From Felis catus (taxonomy: Eukaryota), in NCBI RefSeq assembly GCF_018350175.1, contig NC_058368.1, positions 183,832,001 through 183,896,000 of the forward strand: DNA of 64,000 nucleotides, read 5' to 3'. Positions 12,710-26,890 of this stretch are shown in pieces (within the stretch, counting starts at the first letter, position 1; every line of letters begins with the position of its first letter). The translations under genes and the position numbers were made by a program. A model generated the notes under the pieces. The model was given only the letters and a program-made list of their open reading frames with translations, was not told the DNA's origin and searched no databases.

Positions 12710-13420
12710 CCATTAGCTTAGCACTTTAAGAAATGTAAATGAGATTCCACTTTTCACCTATCAAGTTGAAAAAAGTTGGGAAAGTTTGAAAATACACAGC
12801 ATTAGCAAGAGTACGAAAAAGTCAGGCACTTTCTCCATATGTACTGTGGCAAGTGTTAATTGGGACAATTTTTTGAGAGTGACTTAATAATATATTTCAA
12901 AAATTTAAATGATCAAATCATTGACCAGTAATTTCATTTCCAGGAATTAATCCAACCAATTTTTTCTTCAAATGTACAAAAGTATGTATAAGATGATTCA
13001 TGTTTGGAAGTCGGAATAATAAGTGTCCTTAAAGGCACTATGGAATTGGGACAAACCCATATAATGGAGTGTTATGTTACTCTTCAGTTATTCAACAGAA
13101 AGCCAGAACACCTGTATGTGTTGCAATATAGAATCTCTACAAAAATTAAATAAGCACTGTGCATACTCTGCTTTGATGCATATATTTTAGGAGGTGTTTT
13201 TGTGCATACACCCACATATTTATGTTTGCATGTGAAGATAGTTTTTGAAATATACACAAATAATTTTTAACAATGGTTGCCATTATTGATGTGGATTTGG
13301 AATCTGGGTAAGGAGAACTTACTCATTTCACCATTAGACTTTTCTTTCTTTCTTTCTTTCTTCTTTCTTTCTTTCTTTCTTTCTTTCTGCCATATACATG
13401 TATTAATTTTCATTTAAAAA
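12710..13420 (+). mobile_element. Old L1ME-like 3' end containing a (CTTT)n run at ~13340-13388
   Basis: 'atgagattccacttttcacctatcaagttg', 'ttgaccagtaatttcatttccaggaatt', 'aacaatggttgcc'. Confidence 0.65.
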
Positions 13421-15446
13421 TCATGCAAATTAAGCAAAGGTAGAGCGTGTTAGCATGTTTAGTCTTTTCAACATACAGCACAAACATAACAGTGAATATA
13501 AAGACTGTTGTGTATCCTTCTGGGTGCTTACAAAGATCCTCTCTCCCCTGTCATACCCATTCCATCTAGTTTTCAAAGACTTAGCAGTGACCTCAATTCC
13601 AGAATGAATATCTGAACAGTCTGGTAAAAACAGAGTTCTAAATCTCTATAGAAAGCCATTTTTATGTATATAATTTCTTAAGTTATTCTAGGCAAGGCAT
13701 CAACTTTTATTCTTCAGCAATTAGATAAATGTGTTGACCCTAAAGCTATTCACATCTTCCCAACTCTTTTCAGGTTATCTGATCATCTACCATTGATCTA
13801 TATCAACACGATTTATTTCTTCTTATTTTGCAAAAGAATATGAAAGGCTTTTGCCAAACAATATTACGGTCAGGAACTGATGCTGTGAGACTGGAAGCCT
13901 GCCCCTTGTTGTAAAATAAGATAGTATCATTAAATAGGGCTCTCAGGTATTTGCCAACCTGGGTAATGATGTCTCTCTGGGATACCTGCCCTTTTGGCAG
14001 CCTCCCATCCAGGCACGAGTCAGCAATCACAATTAGTGTGAAGTGGAATAAGAGTGCCAAGTCTGCAGAATGCAGAGGAAATGCAGCAAAGTCTGAAATG
14101 CAACTCGGTGAGCAGTCACAATCCTCAAGGTAAAAATTGCTCCTTTCTTAAATGGGAATAAAGCAATGACGGATTGACTGCCAAACTGTATTCTCTGTGT
14201 AGGTATGCCTGATCGTGCTGTCAGTCTTTCAACCATTTCCGAGTGTTTCCAATATGATTCTTTCCTCCCAAATAGTCTCAGACGCCTTTCCCCAGGTACT
14301 CGTGGCAGAGAGGAGTGACACAGAGTTAAGGACTCCTGTTGAGGACAGCCAGAATGAGGTTTATCCTTTACTGAAGAGCTTGGGAAAAGACTGAATAAAT
14401 AGAGAGCAGAGAATAAAATGGTTACAGCTGTTTGAGTAAATTCGTACAATGGATTTATCAGGTGAGAGGGAGCTTTAAGATCCTAAAGTACACTTGGGAG
14501 GGAGGTAGGGCGGAGAAATTTCAAATCAATATGTGTCTTCCTTTAATTATGCTTTCATGCTGGCCAGTCACCTTGAGGTTATATCTCTCAGGATATAGCA
14601 CTCTCAAACTCCTAAGTATTTGTTTATGCTGCGTATTTTTGACTGTGTCTCTTACAGCTGCATTCCCATAGCAGCTGGCAGATTGTCTTGAATATGATAG
14701 GTATGCAGCAAGGGCTGGGTGCTCAGGGTTAGTCTTATTTGTTGATACGTTATTGATAATCTTATTTACCTTAAATTATAGCTTGAACATATCTAGAGCT
14801 GTGATTTCTACCTAGGAATTAGCTGACCCACATAATTATTTGGAAATAACTTTTGAAGAGCTGCTGTACTGCAAAAACAGACACAGAATTGTACTGTCTG
14901 CCTTGCCTTTTCTGTTTTCCTTTAGTGACAATATAGGTTGTATAGAATCACCCAGCAGCCACAGTTGCACTAACAATTAATTGTAATTTTACAGTTAGAT
15001 TTTCTCTTCATCCCTTCTAAATAAAATACACAGAATGCTGCTACTCCAAGTCACACATGCTTTTAAGTTCTGTTAAATTAATCCCCAGATGAATGTACAT
15101 ATCTTTTGTTTCTTAAAACATAAGGGCCATTACTGAAGCTCTTTAAATTTACAGACACCAAAACCATCAACGAAAAAAATCTTGTCAAAATGGGCTTACA
15201 GGTGGACATTCTGCTTACTCTCTCATGCATTTAATTGAATTTTGTGCAATTTCATGTGCATTATAATAGACTTCTTTTACACCATCAGGAAACAAGTTTT
15301 AAAACATGTGCTGTGCATTAAACATCACATAAATATTCAGCAAGGGAAAGAAAAACAGTTCTGAAGAAGTATAGTGATTTTACAGTCTCTGGTTTCTAAT
15401 AAATTTTTACAGCAATCCTAAACTGCATTAGCAAGTGCTGGTTTAT

Positions 15447-16141
15447 TGTCAGGCTTCTGCACAACATCCCTCAATGACATGTCAAATCTTTACCACAACA
15501 GTGGAACTCCTAAAGCTGTCCTCATTGGCAAGAATCTTGTCAGATTAAATTGCCAGCTCTTGTCAAGTAAAGATATATGATCCGATCGTATTCTCCTGAT
15601 GATGACATGAGTTGTCCTTTCACTGTGGCTGGATTGTAAATTCCCAGGACATCCCAATGACCACAGATTTTGAGAATAAAAAGAATTTATTGACCTTTCA
15701 AAGTGACAGTTCTCCCCTGAATAGAATGCCCCATCTCTTAACAACAGGACTCTTATTTCTGTGTTGTTATTGTATATCATTTATCAACACATTTATTAGA
15801 GAATTTAGGATCTTACATATGCTTTACTTCCTGTCTCTCTACACTTTTTTGTCATTTCCCAAATTAAATGTCATGAATGTATACCTGTCAAGATATTATT
15901 TTCTATTTCAGGTATTTGGGATTTTATATAGAGAGAGCAGATTCTCTTTGGTATTTGGCTTTTTGTTTAAAACATAAAACAAAACAAAACATTGTCAGAA
16001 GGCTACAATGACAATCCATGGACAAGAATGGCATGCATTGTGCCAAATTTTAAACACCAGAAATAAAATCAATTGCTTTCTTTCTATGAATTATGCCACT
16101 GCTGACTTCAGAAACTACACATGTCATGAGGCAGGATGACA
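15447..16141. promoter_or_regulatory. Candidate enhancer: TGACA/TGTCA (TALE/MEIS-type) motif cluster
   Basis: 14 TGACA/TGTCA copies in 695 bp of repeat-free sequence, including the palindrome TGACATGTCA at 15475-15484. Confidence 0.4.
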
Positions 16142-17504
16142 TATCCTATGCCTTTATACTTAAATTCAGGGTATCACAGATCTTTTGAAAAAATTAAATT
16201 GAGTACTTATCACAATTACAAAGAATGGCTTGGTTCTTTGAAGAATACAGGATTCCAGCTTGGGAATTTTATACACCTCAGCGCATGTCCCAAAAGTAGT
16301 TAGATTTCAGAAGTTGAAACTCTTTCTGTGAGATAGCAGCAATCATTAACCTCGATATTTATAAGATATCTACAATTACACTTCAAATGGTAATTTGAGT
16401 AGGCAGGAAAACATTGCTCTATGAAGATAGTATGAGGTCATATGAAAAGGCACATATTTTCTCTGTTAAAATTGTTATCCACCTCAAATATTTCATTAAA
16501 CAGTGCATTCTTCTCAAATCATGATAAACATAATCTGAACCTTTAATTAAATTTCAACATTAGGCTGACTGCTAGTGATATTTCCTTCTGAATCAATCTA
16601 GGAGTATTTTGCATCACTATTATCTCATATTATCAAATAACAAAAGTTTTCATTTTAAGCACACATTTTAAATTTATTTCTATATGAACTTCTTCCACAA
16701 AAAAGAAAAAAAAACATTTCATATGCATAACAAATGAGTCCAAAAGAAGACTCAAAAACACTTGTTGAAACTTAGATTTAACCATAAATTGGGGCTTAGT
16801 GTCATTCTATCCCATAACAGTGTTTGGTCATTATTCAAATATCCATAATTTGCCTACAAAAATGTCATTCATGTCTTTAAATCACTACAGCCTTCCTTTA
16901 CTTATGGAAATTGACTTTATCCTGAATTAAATTACATTAATTCCTCATTTTGGACTAGAATTATGTATTTTTTAAAATCTACCTTGATCTTAATTGAGTT
17001 GATCAAACCACAAAAACAAAATAGCATGTATATCTGCTTCATAGCTACATAAATGTAAATCTGACCTTTTAAAAACAATGCCTGTTAAATATCTTAAAAA
17101 TAATTATTTTTAAATAAGAAAAAAAGGAGGAATTTATTTCCCAGACTCCTACAAATCCAGATCACAAAATCAATACAATTTTATTATGAGCATGAGATAT
17201 AGGTGACTCATTTTCTGTTTTAAATATCCTTTAATGTTGTATTATAAGATATGTTAAATATTGTATAATAATATTATAGTTCATAATATAACTTGAAATA
17301 GTTAAAACTCAATGTTAAGTATAAATCAGCGTGAATTTATAATAAATATTAAAATAGTATCAAATAGCCCATTTTATATCTTTCAGTATAATGTTAATAC
17401 AATTCTGAGTAAACAACAGAGGTAAATTTCCTCTATTATATTTCATCTAGTAGGAATGTGAATTATTATATTTCTATTCTGAAAACTTTAATACTAAAAA
17501 ATAT

Positions 17505-17968
17505 TGAAGGCAATAAGCTAAGTGAAATGTCACACAGAGAAAGACAAATACTGTGAGGTATCACTTATATTTGAAATCTAAGAAAAATAAAAACTGAACT
17601 CATAGATACAGACAATAAATTGTTGGTTACCAGAGGAGGGTGTTGGGCAATGGGCAACACGGGCAAAGAGGTCAAAAGGCACAAATTTCTAGTTTTAAGA
17701 TGAATAAGTCATAGAGATCTAATGTACAGCATAGTGACCACGGTACAACACTGTACTGCATATTCGAATGTTGCTGAGAGAGTAGATCTTAAAATTCTCA
17801 TCCCAAGGAAAAAAAATTATAACTGTGTGGTGACTGATGTTAACTAGACTTACTGTGGGGATCATTTCACAATATATAAAAATATCAAATCATCTAAACT
17901 AAAATGAATACAATGCACATCTAAAACTAATACAATGTTATATGTCAATAACATATCAATTTAAAAAG
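17505..17968 (+). mobile_element. L1 3' end (L1MA9/L1_Carn-like)
   Basis: 'gctaagtgaaat...gaaagacaaatactg...aatgtacagcatagtgac...gttgctgagagagtagatcttaa'. Confidence 0.9.
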
Positions 17969-18249
17969 TATATTTTTAAAGTTGCATTACTATTGAATAC
18001 ATACATGCACACATGCATACATAAATATATACATAAAGTGGACACATTTTTGGGCTTATAACGTAAAAGCAGATGAATATACCTTAAAAACTAACCAGAA
18101 TCTCCTTAATTAAAATAGTGTCCAGTTAACTTCTAAAATAGAAGAAATATATATTTACTTCTGATAAGAACATAATTTGGGGGATTTTCCTCCAATATAT
18201 TTTACCTATTCAAATGATAGCTATTTAGCTGAAATAAAACTTATGTTTA

Positions 18250-18452
18250 GGGGCGCCTGGGTGGCTCAGTCGATTAAGCATCCAACTTCAGCTCAGGTCA
18301 TGATCTCACAGTCCATGAGTTCGAGCCCTGCTGACAGCTCAGAGCCTGGAGCCTGTTTCAGATTCTGTGTTTCCTTCTCTCTATGCCCCTCCCCTGCTCA
18401 TGCTCTGCTCTGACTCAAAAATAAATAAAAACATTTAAAATTTTTTTAAAAA
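18250..18452 (+). mobile_element. Can-SINE with a small internal deletion
   Basis: Canonical head. 'gagccctgctgacagc' lacks ~17 bp. TSD aaaacttatgttta / aaaactttgttta. Confidence 0.95.
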
Positions 18453-19387
18453 ACTTTGTTTATTTTCTCTGCTGATACCATGTTGTTTCTCATTTGTATT
18501 TTTAACAAATCTGCTTCAATTGAGCAAGAGAACAAGATGTAGATAAATTCTTGGTTTCTTTATGAATCTGACATTCTATTTAAACATTTGTTGTTAAAGA
18601 TTTAAGGAAGTTGTTACTCTTTACACTGCTAAAAAAGGGACTTTTTGAGAAAATCTAAACTACCTACATTAATCTCACCCAAAAGAGAGTAAAGTGATAT
18701 ATCAGAAAACCAAAGCAACAACAGATTAATGTTGCTGTATTAAAATTCTATTTACATAAAATTAACATAAACATGAGTTAGTATGCCATATGCTAGAGCA
18801 TCTGTTCTTCACTGTATTAATAACAAGACTGTCCCCTATAGGGATCTTAAAATTAATACATATTTAAGTTGTATTTATATACATATTTGAAATTTTGACA
18901 ATATGATATATATGAAATGTCGCCAATTGCAAACAGCATAATTTATACTGAAATGATATAGTCATCACCTGTATTATGACCACAGCTTATGATAGGTGGC
19001 TTTTGAGATACTTCACATTTTTCCTTGAAAGACCATTTAATTAATTTTAAGTTAAGTAAAATCTTTATCCCACATAATTACTCCTATTACCCCTAACTTC
19101 GATTCCATCTTTGTTGGAGGTCCAGAACAATTAGCCAATGAGAAATAACTCATCACATTGGAAGATTCTTTAAGATAACATACTTCATTTTCTGATGCTG
19201 ACTTTGTTTTGTTTTGTTCTCCCAAAACCAAAGTTCATTTGAGAGTTCTTTCTTCCAGCTTCCAGAATAACTAAATAAAACAACTTTCTTATACAAAATT
19301 TTGTAGAAGTATTACAGATACAAGTAGAAATGCTGTGCTTTGTAAATTTTATGAAATTTGATATAGGTTGATTCCTTTTTACTTTTA

Positions 19388-19594
19388 TTTTTTATTAAAG
19401 TGTATTCATTTATTTTGAAAGAGAGAGAGAGAGAGAATGAGCAGAGGAGGGGTGGAGAGAGAGGAGAGAGAATCCCAAGCAGCCTCTGCTCTGTCAGCAC
19501 AGACCCCAACTCAGGGCTCTATCCCACGAACCTCATCGCGACCTCAGCCAAAATCGAGGTGGATGCTTAACCCACTGGGCCACCCAGGTTCCCC
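19388..19594 (-). mobile_element. Can-SINE (older subfamily)
   Basis: 'gagagaatcccaagcag...gccacccaggttcccc'. Confidence 0.9.
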
Positions 19595-20132
19595 TGCTTT
19601 ATTTTCAAATTTAATGACAATGCAATGTAAAGTTCTGAATTGTATTTTTGCATGTTTGCTCACATAATTTTTTTTGCAAGGAAAATTGTATAATTACTTT
19701 CAAAATGATAAATATCCTTATACTTGCTAAGTTATAATTCAAGATCAATGTGGATAAGATACATAAATAATAAGTCCTGGATGCACTGAAATAAAGCTAC
19801 AGATCATTTATTCTTCAACTTTTATATTACCTATTTTCATGTATAATTACACAAAAGATAGTAAATAGATTAAAATAAAATTAAGTATTTTGATTCCTAA
19901 CAAAAGAATAAATTATTTTCTTCAGGTATGTTAGCAAATTATAAGCACAGTGTGTTTATATTTGTATATGCATACATGTATACATATATATATGTTTACA
20001 CATGTATATATGTATGTATACTGTATGTGTATAGATACATACAGATATGATTCTGGTGCTACAGCCACTTATTGTCTTCCTAAAGTTAATAACTGAGGAA
20101 TCAGAATTCAGAATCTCTGAAATCTCTTCATA

Positions 20133-20381
20133 CTTTTTTCTTTTTCTTTTTTCTTTCTTTCTTTTTCTTTTTTTTTTTTTTTTTTTTTTTTTGAGAGAGA
20201 GAGCACGAGAAAGTGTGAATCGGTGGAAGAGGCAGAGGGAGAAGAAGAGAGAGAATTTCAAGCAGGCTCCACACCCAGTTCAGATCCTGACACATTGGTC
20301 TGGATGTCAGGACACGGAGATCTTGACCTGAGCCAATATTAAGAGTGGAAAGATTAACCGACTGAACCATCCAGGTTTCCC
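20133..20381 (-). mobile_element. Can-SINE with an expanded T-rich tail
   Basis: Long T/CT tail at ~20133-20192. Antisense head 'ttaaccgactgaaccatccagg'. Confidence 0.9.
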
Positions 20382-20811
20382 TTTTCAGATTCTTTTTATT
20401 ATAACCATTTAACATCTGGGATCCGTGGTCTCTGTCCCCTGAAAAACTGCACACATGGTCGAATTCAACCCTTCTAATATTTCTAGGAAACTACAGATAC
20501 TTTGAAGTTCATTTTTGGAAGCCAGATGAAGAGTGATTCAAATAAAAATCATATGCCCGAAGTCTCACCCTTCAAGGACTCAACAAGCATTAGTCCCCAA
20601 TTTTTTATTCTCTGTGAATACTGAGTAGCCATTCAATAACATAATGTATAAAACATAGAGATTAGTATTTCAAAGTACTGTGTTCTATATATCTTAATGA
20701 TGATTGTAAAATTTTGTTTTATCTCTTAATTTAACTAATTATAATCTTTGCACTTAATTTTGTGTTTCATACTACAGATTTTTGAGTTGAATTTTCAGGT
20801 TGTTTTCCAAA

Positions 20812-20962
20812 CCCTTGCTACTCAAAGTGTTGTGCACACATCAACACTATCAACAGTATTTAGTTGGAATCTCAGACTCCAACCCAGACCTGCTCAATCT
20901 GTATCCACATTTTAACAAGATGCCCGTTAGATAGGAGTCACATTAAACATTAAGAAGCACCG
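20812..20962. mobile_element. MER5A-like hAT-Charlie MITE
   Basis: 'gctactcaaagtgt...aatctcagactccaacccagacctgct...cattttaacaagatgccc...aagaagcacc'. Confidence 0.8.
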
Positions 20963-22714
20963 GATTAAGAGACACTTCAGAATGAAAAATATTAGAATTT
21001 TTAAGTAAGTATTCTTTGGAGTATTTAGCTTTATACATAGATTTACATTCACTTTATTAATATAATATTTCCCTTTACCTTTCTCAATTCCAATTACATC
21101 TATTTAGTCATATTTCCATGTTACCTTTTTTTGAGTCCTTTGTATATCTGCTCTCTTGTCCCAGAGAATATCGATAAATTTTGACTAAAGTAAATATCAA
21201 TATTAGTGATGATCATAATTGTGCTTATTTTCCTTTGTAGACAGATGGTCATTTTGACAGGAAAAGATAATCAACTGTAACTCAAGTATTCAAAGGAAAA
21301 AAAAAAGCAACTAAGTTTGGAAAAATAGCACTTAGTGACTTTTTCCTCCTGTCTGAAAACTGCTTGATAATATAAGCTAAAACGTATTGTGAAATATTGG
21401 TCCACTAAAAATTAAGAATTCTAGGCTATAATTGTATATAGTAGTTAATCCAGGAAATTCTAGAAAAGCATTTCTAGTTTTCTAACAATACTAGGGAAAA
21501 GAATTTGGACTCATTGTTTTCTGTATTCATAACTTTGGGTAGTCAATGCTTTAGGTTCTTGCCACAAAATTAACTCCTATCTAGAAGAATTTTATATGTG
21601 GCATAAATAAAATACAAAATATATGGTATATTATATGTGGTATAAATAAAATAAAAGTACATGGTATGTCTATAAAATTTATTTCTAAAATTAGCATTGT
21701 TATCTATGGAAAGGAATATTCATCTACAAATTCAGATATTAGAGAATACAGTGACCCCTCTACAGTATTTTTCAAAATAAAAAAAGTAGAAGTAATTATG
21801 TGGGCTCAATACTAATACAACTAACAACTACACATAATGTTTTTTTTTTAATTATAGTAAATGAGAAGTTTGTGTGGAAATCCACATCTTTTCAAATTAT
21901 ATGTTCTATGCTATGTTTTATAAGGAATCAAGTCAAAACTTGTTTCCCATATTTAAATTTGTTTTACTATATTGTATAACTGAAGGAGTATACTACAAAA
22001 GATTTTTAAAAATCACAGGAATACCCTAATGAAATAAAGCTTCATAGTTTAAAAAAAAAAAAAAAGCTTTATAACATTCTCAGTTCAAGCCAGAATATTA
22101 TATCATTGAAATTTTGAAGGTAATTGAACAAATTGTTCCTGCTTGGTTTCCCATCCTTGGGGTAAATTCAGGCCTATCCATCCTAGAAATGAGAAGAAAG
22201 AAAAAAAAAATATGTTACCTATATTATACCCAGGGTGAATTTGAAAATGACCAATGGCATTCCTAAAATATTGCAAACTTTTTCTAATTTTAATGAAGAT
22301 TCTCCTTTATCTTAGCAATGAGGGGCTATAATCTGGTTAAATCTCTGAAAAATTTTCATAAAAATTTTACCTCAAAGTCCAGCTGATACTGAGATTCTAT
22401 ATTTAATAGTATCTTCAGAGGTAAACAGAATTAAAGGATATTTCTATAATACATGTAGACATGTTGAAATTGTTTTGTTTTCATTTATTTGAGGTATTTA
22501 TTTTCTTTTTAAAATTGCCTGAGGTACATTAGAGAAATCTGGAGTTGTTTCGTCAAAAAATAATACCCAAACAAAACAAGATACCATCTGGACTCTCATA
22601 TTAATCTGACCATCTGCAGCTTTGACCTCTTTCTGTAAATAAATCTAAGGGAATCCCCATCATTTTTGATGAGTAAATAAATGTCCTAGTGACAGCAACT
22701 CAGACACAGTTTTT

Positions 22715-22790
22715 TAAATTAATTCATTCAATTAAAATTTATTGAACATCCAACTATATACATTGGAGAGTCACAATTTCCTACTCGGTC
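22715..22790 (-). mobile_element. L2 3' end fragment
   Basis: 'ttcattcaattaaaatttattgaacatccaactatatac' is the antisense L2 tail. Confidence 0.55.
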
Positions 22791-25700
22791 CCTCTATTTC
22801 TACCATTCCAAGGATCCAGGTTTCTGACAATTGGGGAGATGCCAAGTCTAAGGGATTCTCAGTAATTCTGAAGTAGGAGTAACTACAGGAGGGGATTCAG
22901 TGGAACAGGAAGAAGCTGAGACAAACAGGTAGAGGTGATAGGTCTTGAGAAACATATTTCCCAGGGAGATCCTGGCTGCTATTAACACATTGTTTACTGA
23001 AGTCCTCACTCTAAGGAATATCAGTCATGTATAGCTACTTCTCAAGGATAATCTAGCTTCCAAGAGAAATGGGACCTTAAATGATGGCACAACTAGTTTC
23101 CATAATTATGCACTCATTGAATTCATTAAGTAACCAATTTAAACCTGCTACTCATGCCCTTCTTCCAAAGAGCCTCTACCATTGAATAGTATACGATGAA
23201 CTCCTCACTCAAAGAGATTATTAGGTAGATATAATTGTGCCTATTTGCCCTTCTGTGGTAAGGCCTGAAATGAATGACACTTGCACCAATTTCTATACTC
23301 TTCTAACAACATTATAATTTCTATTGGAATTAAAAATTAGCAGCAAGTTAACTTCTAAACTGCTGCACTGATATCACAGTTTCACTCAACAAGTCTCATT
23401 GAATTCAACAGCATAAAAGAAGAATCTTAGGCCAATATTTATCTTGAGAATTCTACCCCTGTCCTAGCAATCAGAGAAACTAGAGTCTCATGTACAGGTT
23501 TTCCAGTTTCCCTGGCAACCACCCCCTCCAAATCCCTCTTCCCATCCATTAACTATGGTGTTCTTACTCTCCAGTGGATATCTTTCCTCCCTTTTCATGC
23601 TATTTCTTACCAGATTAACTGACATTGGTGTTACATTCATTCTTCACGTGGGACCTCTATTAACCCAGATTTCTCTTTAATTCATTCTTGTTTCCCTGGG
23701 CCTATCATGTGTTTATTTTTATTGTGTCCTTGGATTAATGGTAACTCTTTCGATGATCACAATCCTCCCAACTGAGCTGCACTGTCTAATATGAAGTGTG
23801 AAGAGAGCATATAAAATTGTCCTTACAGGCCTCAATAATCTATGTTGGTATTTTTGAAATTAGATTCACCTAATAAAATGGAAATTACCTGGTCCTACTT
23901 CCATGTTGGGAAGTCAGTAGAAAAGGACTAGACCATAGAAATCTGAATTTGGCAATTCTGAGGAGAGTTGAAAGGTCCTATCCAGGAAACTGCTGTGTAT
24001 ATGATAAATTAATAACAATTCTAAGTGTAGGCATAGGTGAGAATTTTATAAGCCAAAGGTAATTTTCCCCAACTGGGCTTGATAAAGCACTAGAATCTGA
24101 AAATATGTTAATAGTGTGATATGGAAAAAGTTGCATAAAAAAATTCATTTGGACTTAGACCACAGTAAGTAGAAGTATTTTACTAGAGTACTATGTGAAG
24201 AATTTAATATAGTAGTTTGAACTGTGATTTTTCAAGAAGCACAACAAGTATACATTTACTTGCCAAATATATGTCATGCATATATATACTTTTTTCAAAG
24301 TTTCTTATGATTACTCATGTCTTTTTAAGCACTGTGAAATAGTGGAATGGAAAAATAAAGAAAAACTGATAGCTGATGATAAGCTGAACTTTTCAGAAGG
24401 CTGTTTGACAAGCTAATGTTAAAACTTATAATATATGCCAAACATTCTAGGTAGTATGATTATTATCACTATAATTATTATTATTACAATTCATTGTGCA
24501 AATGCTGTGGCAGACACCTTAAGTAGAAATAAATGTTATAGGAAATATGCCATAGATGATTTTTATATTATCTCCTTCCTATCTTGGCTTAATAGACAGC
24601 TATATGTTTGACTTGTTGTAGCTTATAGACTTTATCTCTGATTATTCTGTTTATCAAAAAGAATTAAAAATACCCAATGAAAGTCATGTCATTTCATATT
24701 GACAAACTTTTGTTAAAATAACAAAGCTTTCCAAGTTCAGGGAAATATACTTGGGAGATTTAGTATATTTACAATGGCAACATATTGGGGAAATGATTTC
24801 TAAAGGACTCATCCCCAAATAGTGTGTATTGTAAAAACTTAAATCCATGTTCATTGATACACATGACCCTTGAAAACTAGATAAAATATAGGAAGTTTTT
24901 CTAAAAAGATGTAAAACTAGCTATTCTGCTAGGATATACACATTTTTATAATATCTGTATTAATTGTTGTCCACACATGTTTATGCTATCCATGTATCCT
25001 AGGGATTGAGAAGTACTTTTATATCTGTCATGGATTTGTAGCAATTGTGGCCATCTGGTAAATATTTAATAGAAGCATTAAGTATTTTTTTGAAATGTGC
25101 TAACTTCTTATACAGTGTTATATTTTAACATTTTAATAATTATATTTGTTTTCATGGCATGTGGCTTTCCTGTTCACATTGGTAATAATGCCCCTAACCT
25201 TTCACCACTAAAAAGTGTTAAATTAAAGTTTCCAATTTATGTGCCACTGACCCTTTATTTTAATGTGATCTTGGTCTAATTATTGTAAACACGATTTAAC
25301 AAACCATATGCTCACTCATCTGTTCTTTATTGTATTAATGTGTCCCCTATAAAGGACTCTAAAATGAATGTATAGTAGCCATGTGTAGCATGGCTGATAG
25401 CTAATGGGTATTCCTGACTTATTTTTGAGATAAAAATAATAAAGTACAAATCAATAATAAAGTGATAAATTAAAATAATAAATTATAATGTAATAAAGTA
25501 TCATTTAGGATAAAAAACAAAAGTTATGATGTATTAAGAATAGTCTAGTAATTTAGTTATGTTTAGAAAAACTGTGAATCTACTCAAAATCAGTGTGTGG
25601 ACATACCCATACTTCTGTATATACTCTTGAATAGGTTTTTGACTTGACTGTAATCTACTAATTTGTGAAACAGCAAAGTAAAACACAAGAATTTTAACTT

Positions 25701-26890
25701 GATTCTTTCTGGAGCTGGTTTCAACCTAAATTTCCAAAAACTTGACTTTCAGACTTCAGAATAACTCTAGACTCAATGCACTGTTCTATGGATTAATTGG
25801 TTCTTGACTTACTCTAATCATATTACTAATGTACCAGGTGGCCCGGATGTATTTTCATATTTAGGTTTTACGTATTCTACTTTTTTTTGTATTTTGATCT
25901 TTTTTTATTTCTATTAAAACCACAAGTACTTTATTTCCATGGCTCTTCCTTGAACTGAAAGCCTTGCTTCTTAAATAATATTTGATGTACATCTGGGAAT
26001 CAGACAATGGATCTCATTAATAGATAACAGTAAAAACAAAATAAAACAAATAAAAATCTATCTGGACATCAGAAAGTTTCCTTACTAATAATAACTGCAG
26101 ACATTGCCTCAGAAGCTTACATGGATTGAAATAATTATCTTAAATGGGAACTTGAATTCAGAGGGTAATGTAAACTATAACATTTCTTGACTTTTTAACT
26201 CTGCATTTCTTTTCATTCTTCAGTCTTGGGTTATTAACCTTATCATGATAGTAGGTGGCCAACATAAGAGAATGCACAAATTCTTCATTGTCCAACATCC
26301 TAATATACTGCCTACTACAGTGGATTACACTACCTATGATGTACTGTATCATCTTATGACTTGTAATAACCTAATGATATGAAACAGGCAAGGACAGAAA
26401 TACAAAACTTCATATGCTTAACCTATGTCTGAACACCTTTGTTTCTTTTCAAAAATAGCTGAATGAAAAATTTAAATAGATCCCACTATAAACAGGCCAT
26501 TATTTTCATTGTACTCAGAATATTATTTTATTGTACCATCATTTTCTTTGATGTGCATATTCACATGTTACAGCACACATATGGAGAACAATTTCAAGGT
26601 ATTTAAAATAGGCACACTGGAAAGCCAGTTGTTAAAAGATATACCAATGAACATACCCAAGATCAACTTACTCTAACTTGACCTGAGGCACATAACAATG
26701 TTCTAGAGAGAGCATAAGCACATAAATTATCAGTATTCCCATTAGACAGAGGGATATCTGAAATCATGATACATGCTGGGCAATGTTGTCCATGTTGAAA
26801 TTTTTGCTCCATCATTTTATATCAGGGTAATAAAGAGAATAATATATAGTGACAATATATAATCAAGTCTTCCCATTAGATTTTTACTTT

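Larger units (their letters stand above)
15540..22560 (+). repeat. Ancient tandem duplication, copy 1
   Basis: Colinear anchors to 22590-28840. For example, 18768-18821 vs 25286-25339 is 42/54 identical ungapped and is followed in both by tgtcccctata. Confidence 0.75.

Noticed and set aside
14033..14449. 138-aa minus-strand ORF
   Set aside because: Non-ATG start, no recognisable homology, no clear splice context
26158..26352. 64-aa ORF and nearby plus-strand acceptor at ~26223
   Set aside because: No recognisable protein, no convincing donor, and no matching exon in the paralogous copy
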